DNA of 64,000 nt, from contig VBFG01000042.1 in NCBI GenBank assembly GCA_005882635.1, forward strand, positions 6,578 to 70,577, given 5' to 3'. Made by a program: the position numbers and the translations under genes. This document shows, one piece after another, positions 58,158 through 64,000 of the stretch. The notes beneath the pieces were generated by a model that saw nothing but the letters and a program-made list of their open reading frames with translations, was not told the origin of the DNA and did no database searches. Source of the stretch: Chloroflexota bacterium. Lineage in GTDB: Bacteria > Chloroflexota > Limnocylindria > Limnocylindrales > CSP1-4. The stretch's first letter is position 1. Every line of letters starts with the position of its first letter.

Positions 58158-58790
58158 ATGACCGTCCGGATCGTCCCCGACGACGATGCCGGTCGGGGTG
58201 CGGCGATCGACGCGCTGCGGGGCGGCGGCATCGTGGCGCTGCCGACGGACACCGTCTACGGAATCGCGGTCGCGCTTGACACGCCGGGCGGGATCGAGGC
58301 GCTGTTCGCGGCGAAGCACCGCCCGCCGGAGCGGGGGATCGCCCTGCTGCTGGCCGACGCGGCGCAGGCCCCGACGATCGGCCAGTGGCCGGCCGCGGCG
58401 GCCACGCTGGCGGCATCGTTCTGGCCGGGCGGCCTGACGATCGTCGTCCGCCGGCGGTCGGACGTGGAGCTGCCCGCGGCGCTGACCGGCGGCGCGCCGA
58501 CCATCGGGCTCCGGGTTCCCGACCATCCCGCGCCGCGCGCGCTCGCGGCGGCCGTCGGTCCCCTCCCGACCACGTCCGCCAACCGCTCCGGCGAACCGGA
58601 GGCGCAGGAAGCGGTGGAGATCGTCGCTCAGCTCGGCGACGCGATCGAGCTCGTCCTCGACGGCGGTCCCGCTCGTGGCGGGCCGGCGTCGACGGTCGTC
58701 GACTGCAGCGTCGACCCGCCGCGCATCATGCGTCACGGCGCGATCTCCGACGGCGCGATCGAGGCGGTCCTTGCCGAGGTGGCGCGCTGA
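58158..58790 (+). CDS. tsaC: L-threonylcarbamoyladenylate synthase (TsaC/YwlC-type, single domain)
   Basis: [40 protein letters not shown] and STVVDCS. Confidence 0.88.
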   Translation: MTVRIVPDDDAGRGAAIDALRGGGIVALPTDTVYGIAVALDTPGGIEALFAAKHRPPERGIALLLADAAQAPTIGQWPAAAATLAASFWPGGLTIVVRRRSDVELPAALTGGAPTIGLRVPDHPAPRALAAAVGPLPTTSANRSGEPEAQEAVEIVAQLGDAIELVLDGGPARGGPASTVVDCSVDPPRIMRHGAISDGAIEAVLAEVAR

Positions 58791-58887
58791 GCGTCTCCGG
58801 CCGAGGTGTCGGCGCTCGCCCGGTGCGGCGTGGGAAGATAGCGGCCGGATCGGGCGGCCGTCGACCGCCGAGCGGAGGAGGCAGGCG

Positions 58888-60237
58888 ATGGGCATCACGG
58901 AACAGGTCCGCCTGGGCGATGCCTCGATCGCCGACGTCGACCCGGAGCTGTGGGCGGCGATGGAGGGCGAGCGCCGCCGCCAGCACGACAAGATCGAGCT
59001 GATCGCGTCGGAGAACTACACGGCCGCGGCCGTCCTCGAGGCCCAGGGCAGCTGGCTCACCAACAAGTACGCCGAGGGCCTGCCCGGGAAGCGCTACTAC
59101 GGCGGCTGCGAGTTCGTCGACGTCGCCGAGACCCTCGCCCGCGAGCGTGCGCTTCGGCTCTTCCCCGGCGCGGAGCACGTCAACGTCCAGCCGCACTCCG
59201 GGGCCCAGGCCAACATGGCCGCCTATTTCAGCGTCATCGAGCCGGGCGACCGGATCCTCGGCATGAAGCTCGACCAGGGTGGCCACCTGACCCACGGGAT
59301 GAAGCTGAACTTCTCGGGCCGCCTGTACGAGGTGCACGCCTACGGCGTCCGCGAGGACACCGAGCGCATCGACTACGACGCCCTCCAGGCCCAGGCCGAG
59401 GAGGTCCGCCCGAAGCTGATCGTGGCCGGGGCATCCGCCTATCCGCGGATCTTCGACTTCGAGCGGATGGCCGCGATCGCCCACGACGTCGGGGCGTTGC
59501 TGTTCGTCGACATGGCCCACATCGCCGGCCTCGTCGCCGCCGGCGTCCATCCGTCGCCGTTCCCCCACGCCGACATCGTCACGACGACGACGCACAAGAC
59601 GCTCCGCGGACCGCGCGGCGGGATGATCTTCAGCCGCTTCGAGCTGCCGGATGCCGTCGACCCGGCGGCGTACCCGAACGTCAAGGCCGGTCCATCGGGG
59701 ACGGGTGCCCTCGCCGCCACGATCGACCGGACGGTGTTCCCGGGCGTCCAGGGCGGTCCCCTGATGCACGTCATCGCCGGCAAGGCCGTCGCCTTCCAGC
59801 TCGCCCTCGGCGCCGAGTTCCGGCGCGATCAGCAGCGGACGATCGACAACGCAGCGATCATCGCCACCGCCCTCGCCGAGCGCGGCCTGCGGGTCGTCTC
59901 GGGCGGGACCGATAACCACCTCATGCTCGTCGACGTGATGTCGCAGGGCGTGACCGGCAAGGACGCCGAGCACCTCCTCGACGAGATCGGGATCACCGTC
60001 AACAAGAACCAGATCCCATTCGATCGCCAGCCGCCGAACACGTCGTCGGGAATCCGGGTCGGGACGCCAGCCGTGACCTCGCGCGGGATGGGTCCTGACG
60101 AGATGCAGGAGATCGCGACCCTGATCGCGGACGCGATCGAGCGCCGGGAGGACGCTGCCGCGATGGCCGGCCTCGCGGAGCGCGTCGCCGCGATCTGCAG
60201 CCGCTTCCCGGTGCCGGGTCTCGCTCGCCCCGCGTGA
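58888..60237 (+). CDS. glyA: serine hydroxymethyltransferase
   Basis: ATG 58888 lies after GGAGGAGG. Contains [21 protein letters not shown]-like [14 protein letters not shown] and the PLP-Lys context [14 protein letters not shown]. Confidence 0.96.
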   Translation: MGITEQVRLGDASIADVDPELWAAMEGERRRQHDKIELIASENYTAAAVLEAQGSWLTNKYAEGLPGKRYYGGCEFVDVAETLARERALRLFPGAEHVNVQPHSGAQANMAAYFSVIEPGDRILGMKLDQGGHLTHGMKLNFSGRLYEVHAYGVREDTERIDYDALQAQAEEVRPKLIVAGASAYPRIFDFERMAAIAHDVGALLFVDMAHIAGLVAAGVHPSPFPHADIVTTTTHKTLRGPRGGMIFSRFELPDAVDPAAYPNVKAGPSGTGALAATIDRTVFPGVQGGPLMHVIAGKAVAFQLALGAEFRRDQQRTIDNAAIIATALAERGLRVVSGGTDNHLMLVDVMSQGVTGKDAEHLLDEIGITVNKNQIPFDRQPPNTSSGIRVGTPAVTSRGMGPDEMQEIATLIADAIERREDAAAMAGLAERVAAICSRFPVPGLARPA

Positions 60238-61331
60238 ACTTCATCCCGAGCGCCGCCGGCGTCGTTCCGGTTCTGCTCGTCGTCCTCGCGGCCGCAGCGG
60301 CGATCTCGTTCTTCCTGACACCGCCCATCCGGCGGGCGGCGATCCGCCTCGATGCCGTCGACCGGCCCGGCATCCGCCGGGTCAACACATCGCCCGTCCC
60401 GCGTGGCGGCGGCGTCGCGGTGACAGTCGCCTTCGTCGTCGCGACCCTGGCGGCGCTCGCGGCGAACGCGGTCTTCCGGTTCGTGCCGGTCCCGTCGACG
60501 GTCCAGCCCGGCGACCTGATCGGGCTGCTCTTCGGCGGCGTCCTCGCCGCCGCCTTCGGGGTCATCGACGACTACTTCGACCTGCGCGCCCGCTGGCAGT
60601 TCCTCGGCCAGATCGTCCTGGCGCTCGTCGCGATCGTCTTCGGGATCACCGTCGACTTCATCGCGAACCCGTTCGGCGGAGGCATCCTCCACTTCGAGGG
60701 GCTCGTCGCCGTCGGGTTCACGGTCCTGTGGGTCGCGGGCATGATCAACGCGATCAACTTCATCGACGGCCTGGACGGACTGTCATCGGGAATCGGACTG
60801 ATCGCGGCCATCACGCTCGGCGTGATCAGCCTGACCCCTCAGGTCGCCGGCGGCCAACCGTTCATCACCGTGCTCTGCTTCGCCCTCGCCGGATCGTTGC
60901 TCGGCTTCCTGCGCTGGAACTTCCACCCGGCCTCGATTTTCACCGGGACGAGCGGCGTGATGTTCCTCGGCTACACCCTGGCCGTGCTGTCGATCCTCGG
61001 GACCGCCAAGGTCGCGATCGCGATGTTGATCCTCGGCGTGCCGATCATCGACGCCTTCTGGATCATCGTCCGGCGTCTCGCCGCGGGGCGGTCACCGTTC
61101 TCGCCGGACCGCGGCCACCTGCATCACCGGCTGCTCGACATCGGCCTGTCCCACCGCCAGACCGTCCTGCTGATCTACGGGATCTGCATCGGTCTGGGAC
61201 TCCTCGCGATGCTCCTGTCCGGCTCGACGCAGGTCTATGCGTTCATCGGCGTCTTCTTCGCGAGCGGCTTCGTCCTGTACATCCTCGCCCACGGCGGATT
61301 CGAGGCCGACGAGTCCAACTTCGGCGACTGA
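60234..61331 (+). CDS. wecA: undecaprenyl-phosphate GlcNAc-1-phosphate transferase (WecA/TagO, MraY-like GT4 family)
   Basis: [36 protein letters not shown], with ~10 TM segments. Conserved position upstream of the atp operon. Confidence 0.88.
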   Translation: MNFIPSAAGVVPVLLVVLAAAAAISFFLTPPIRRAAIRLDAVDRPGIRRVNTSPVPRGGGVAVTVAFVVATLAALAANAVFRFVPVPSTVQPGDLIGLLFGGVLAAAFGVIDDYFDLRARWQFLGQIVLALVAIVFGITVDFIANPFGGGILHFEGLVAVGFTVLWVAGMINAINFIDGLDGLSSGIGLIAAITLGVISLTPQVAGGQPFITVLCFALAGSLLGFLRWNFHPASIFTGTSGVMFLGYTLAVLSILGTAKVAIAMLILGVPIIDAFWIIVRRLAAGRSPFSPDRGHLHHRLLDIGLSHRQTVLLIYGICIGLGLLAMLLSGSTQVYAFIGVFFASGFVLYILAHGGFEADESNFGD

Positions 61332-61417
61332 ACGACGCCCCACGGGCGTTCCAGCGGAGGCCCGAGGGCCGGTGCTAGGATCGCCCGACGCCGGCGGGGC
61401 GCCGGCAGGTCGTCGGG

Positions 61418-62395
61418 GTGCCAGATCCCTCCGTGGAAGTCTTCGTCGGCGCGCTCGTCCTCGTCGCGCTGATCGCAATCGTCGTGCGCTTCCTGCCGCG
61501 CGATGCGGCGGGCGGACCGGTGCTGCCGCGGGTCGTCGACGACTCCATCGGCCTGTGGTTCCTCCGGAGGATCACGGGGCGTCGACTCGGCGCGCGGCCG
61601 TGGCCCGACGAGTCGGACGACGAGGCGGCCGCCGATCGCGTGGACCCCGGGCCGGTCCACGCGAACCCCGTCGTCTCGCGCTTCCGGCCCCAGGCCCACC
61701 CAGTCGCCGAGCTCGCCGCCCGGCAGGCGGCCCGTCGCCGCGTAGCCGAGCGGGCGGCGAGAGCGGCGCCGTGGCGCCGTCGCCTGAGTGCTCTCGCGGC
61801 CCTCGCCGCCGCCCTCCTGATCGTGGCGGTGGTCCTCGCCGTGGCGGTCACGCCCCACGGTCTCCAGGGCGACGTCCGCGCCGCGACGGCGACCCCGGCC
61901 GGCGTCGGATCGGCGGGGTTCGGCTCGCAGGTCGCCGGTGCGCCCGATGGATCCTCACCGTCGACGTCGCCCGAGCCGGCCTCGAGCGCCGCCGCGGGAG
62001 GAACGGCCGAGCCGACCGTCCGAGCGACGCCGCGGCCGACCCCGACGGCCCGGGCGACGGCGCGGCCGACCCCGAGGCCCACGCCGAAGCCGACGCCGAA
62101 GCCGACGCCGAAGCCGACGCCGAAGCCCACGCCGACCCCGACCCCGACCCCGGCGCCGGTCCAGGCGGTCGTCACGTGCACCACGCTGGCGCTCGTCGCA
62201 AGTTGCGATGGCTCGGCGTCAACCGGTGCGGTGACCTACACCTTCGACTTCGGAGACGGATCGCCGGCGGTGAGCGGGTCAAGCCCGTCCGCGGACCACA
62301 CGTACCTGAAGGCCGACACCTACACGGTCACGCTGACCGTCGAGGACGGTGGCGGCCACACGGATAGCGCGACAGCTTCCGTGGCGGTCGCCTGA
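61418..62395 (+). CDS. membrane protein with Pro/Thr-rich linker and C-terminal PKD-like domain
   Basis: Two TM helices, a (PTPK)n/(PT)n linker and a C-terminal domain (YTFDFGDGS...[21 protein letters not shown]). GTG start. Confidence 0.65.
   Translation: MPDPSVEVFVGALVLVALIAIVVRFLPRDAAGGPVLPRVVDDSIGLWFLRRITGRRLGARPWPDESDDEAAADRVDPGPVHANPVVSRFRPQAHPVAELAARQAARRRVAERAARAAPWRRRLSALAALAAALLIVAVVLAVAVTPHGLQGDVRAATATPAGVGSAGFGSQVAGAPDGSSPSTSPEPASSAAAGGTAEPTVRATPRPTPTARATARPTPRPTPKPTPKPTPKPTPKPTPTPTPTPAPVQAVVTCTTLALVASCDGSASTGAVTYTFDFGDGSPAVSGSSPSADHTYLKADTYTVTLTVEDGGGHTDSATASVAVA
62081..62152 (+). repeat. tandem 12-bp (acgccgaagccg x4) then 6-bp (accccg) repeats encoding the PT/PK linker
   Basis: Read directly from the sequence. 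In frame within the 61418..62395 CDS. Confidence 0.9.
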
Positions 62396-62459
62396 GAGAG
62401 CCCTCAGAACCCTTCCCGGGTCGACCGTCCGCAAGGTCGACTGCTATACTCCGCCAGCC

Positions 62460-62693
62460 TTGTCAGGACCCCTGAACGAGCCGGGACAGGCCGGAGCCTA
62501 TCTCGCATTGTTCGGTGAGATGGGTCTCAGTCTCCTGGTCACGACGCTCGTTGGTGCCCTCGGCGGCCACTGGATCGACGACCAGCTCGGGACCAGCCCG
62601 ATCGTCCTGATCGTCGGGTTCCTGGTAGGAGCGGCGGCCGGGGCGCGAGTGATGTACCAGCTCATGAACCGGTTCCTGGCGAAGATCGAATAG
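62460..62693 (+). CDS. AtpZ/AtpI-family small membrane protein (ATP synthase protein I-like)
   Basis: C-terminal part of track ORF 62349..62693 (YLALFGEMGLSLLVTTLVGALGGHWIDDQLGTSPIVLIVGFLVGAAAGARVMYQL). The start is uncertain: TTG 62460, TTG 62508 or ATG 62520. Confidence 0.6.
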   Translation: MSGPLNEPGQAGAYLALFGEMGLSLLVTTLVGALGGHWIDDQLGTSPIVLIVGFLVGAAAGARVMYQLMNRFLAKIE

Positions 62694-62747
62694 CGCCGGT
62701 CCGCCGGCGACCCGAGACCGAGCGCGGCGTCAGCCGCGCTCCCCCGT

Positions 62748-63791
62748 GTGGAGCAAACCCGAACCGTGACCGACGCCCAGGTGGCGGGGCCGCCGACGGA
62801 CGCCCGACCTCGATCACGCCGAAATCTCTTCATCGGCCTGATCGTGGCCGTCATCGCGCTGGACATCCTTGCCTGGATCGTCGTTCCGCCCTTCCCCGCG
62901 GAGCACCCCGGCGAGCCGGTCACCGGGATCGGCGACCTGATCACCGCCAACCTCGAGCTGCCCGCGCCGCACGTCGTCTTCGACCTGGATCCGGCTCACC
63001 CGGTCGGCAGCGGCCTCGTGTTCAACCACGCGAGCATCTCGGCGCCGCTGTTCACGATGTGGTTCGTCGTCGCGTTCCTCGCCGTCCTCGCGATCGCGCT
63101 GACTCGCGGCCTGAAGATGCGACCCGGCCGCGGCCAGAACCTGATCGAGTGGGCCTACGAATCGCTCGAGAACTGGGCGGTGTCGCTCGGCGGGGTGGCG
63201 GCCAAACGCCACGTTCCGCTGTTCGCGGCCTTCTTCCTGTTCATCCTGTTCTCGAACTGGAGCGGCCTGATCCCGTTCTTCGGCCGGATCGAGGCCTTCC
63301 GCGCCCCGACGAGCGACGTCAACGTCACGCTCGGCCTGGCGCTCGTCGCCTTCGCCTACTACCACTACCAGGGCTTCCGAGCCCTCGGCGTCCGCGGCTA
63401 CCTCGGCAAGTTCTTCGTGTTCAGCGGGTTCAGGGAGGGACTCGGCGCCGGCCTCATCGCCCTCTTCGTCGGCCTGATCGAGTTCCTGCTCGAGTTCATC
63501 AAGCCCGTCACGCTGTCGATGCGTCTCTTCGGCAACATCTTCGGCGGCGAAGTCGCGCTCGGCGTGATCACGGCCCTGACGATCGCGATCATCCCGATCG
63601 GGATGCTGAGCCTCGAGCTGCTGCTGAACTTCGTCCAGGCGCTCATCTTCTCGACGTTGACGCTGATGTACACGATCATCGCCATGGAGGGACATTCGGA
63701 GGAGGCACACGACGCCCCCGCCTTCGCGGACTACCCGGAAGGGGGCATCGGGCCGCCGGTGGCCGAAGCCGGCACGGGTTCGGCACACTGA
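62748..63791 (+). CDS. atpB: F0F1 ATP synthase subunit a, with N- and C-terminal extensions
   Basis: FILFSNWSGLIP, essential-Arg context PVTLSMRLFGNIFGGE, and QALIFSTLTLMY. Confidence 0.9.
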   Translation: MEQTRTVTDAQVAGPPTDARPRSRRNLFIGLIVAVIALDILAWIVVPPFPAEHPGEPVTGIGDLITANLELPAPHVVFDLDPAHPVGSGLVFNHASISAPLFTMWFVVAFLAVLAIALTRGLKMRPGRGQNLIEWAYESLENWAVSLGGVAAKRHVPLFAAFFLFILFSNWSGLIPFFGRIEAFRAPTSDVNVTLGLALVAFAYYHYQGFRALGVRGYLGKFFVFSGFREGLGAGLIALFVGLIEFLLEFIKPVTLSMRLFGNIFGGEVALGVITALTIAIIPIGMLSLELLLNFVQALIFSTLTLMYTIIAMEGHSEEAHDAPAFADYPEGGIGPPVAEAGTGSAH

Positions 63792-63886
63792 TCATTGCAC
63801 GCTGAGCTCGTCGCGAGCCGCACCCAACCAAGCGACGTCACGCGTCCGGGCGCTCGTCCCGGAGCCCGAAGGAGGAAGGTTCGACT

Positions 63887-64000
63887 CATGGAACACATCG
63901 GAGCCGGTCTCGCGGCCCTCGGGGTCATCGGCCCCGGCATCGGCATCGGCATCCTGACGGGTCTCGCCGCCCAGGCGATCGGGCGCAATCCCGATGCTGC
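63887..64000 (+). CDS. atpE: F0F1 ATP synthase subunit c (partial, runs off the right edge)
   Basis: Not in the ORF track. ATG 63887 lies after AAGGAGGA. Reads MEHIGAGLAALGVIGPGIGIGILTGLAAQAIGRNPDAA... Confidence 0.9.

Noticed and set aside
58791-58887. Possible riboswitch (ZTP or THF type) in the glyA leader.
   Set aside because: The 97-nt leader lacks the conserved ZTP pseudoknot sequence (CCGCCUGGGC-type) and any other motif I can recognise. It is too short and unstructured to support a call.

Overview
This is a 64-kb, roughly 70% GC, origin-proximal chromosomal segment from a high-GC Gram-positive-type bacterium. Gene order and the F420-type enzymes suggest Actinomycetota or a related lineage, but the taxon cannot be fixed from the sequence alone. 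The window is almost entirely housekeeping. It holds recF-dnaN-dnaA (minus strand) with a DnaA-box cluster (candidate oriC) between dnaA and dnaN. Diverging from these is rpmH-rnpA-yidD-yidC-jag. An accessory stretch follows: VanW, HxlR plus two HtrA-like proteases, F420/LLM oxidoreductases, an MFS transporter, an adenylate cyclase and a proline-racemase-family enzyme. Next come tmRNA and smpB, then a long minus-strand block: S41 peptidase-ftsX-ftsE-GNAT-prfB (with the classical +1 frameshift), secA, yceI, prs, gyrA, gyrB, parB and parA with a perfect parS. The rest is on the plus strand: mreD-mrdA-rodA, rplU-rpmA-rpmE, an orphan DNA methyltransferase, DUF1385-prfA-(debranching enzyme)-prmC-HAD-tsaC-glyA-wecA and the start of the atp operon. 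I found no transposase, integrase, CRISPR array, tRNA/rRNA gene or recognisable defence or toxin system. Four items are most worth a second look. (1) Two paralogous ~240-nt intergenic elements, each with three phased CTCG-CCCCA-CGAG sub-repeats. (2) An 8-Cys, 76-aa ORF whose stop abuts the prfB start. (3) A 444-bp spacer before smpB with an orphan perfect Shine-Dalgarno, a strong hairpin and 18-bp direct repeats. (4) Several insertions and translational couplings that break conserved synteny (parB-gyrB, gyrB/gyrA, prfA/prmC). Many long Arg/Pro/Gly-rich ORFs in the track are antisense shadows of real genes and were ignored. All family assignments are by-eye motif recognition, and no database search was possible.
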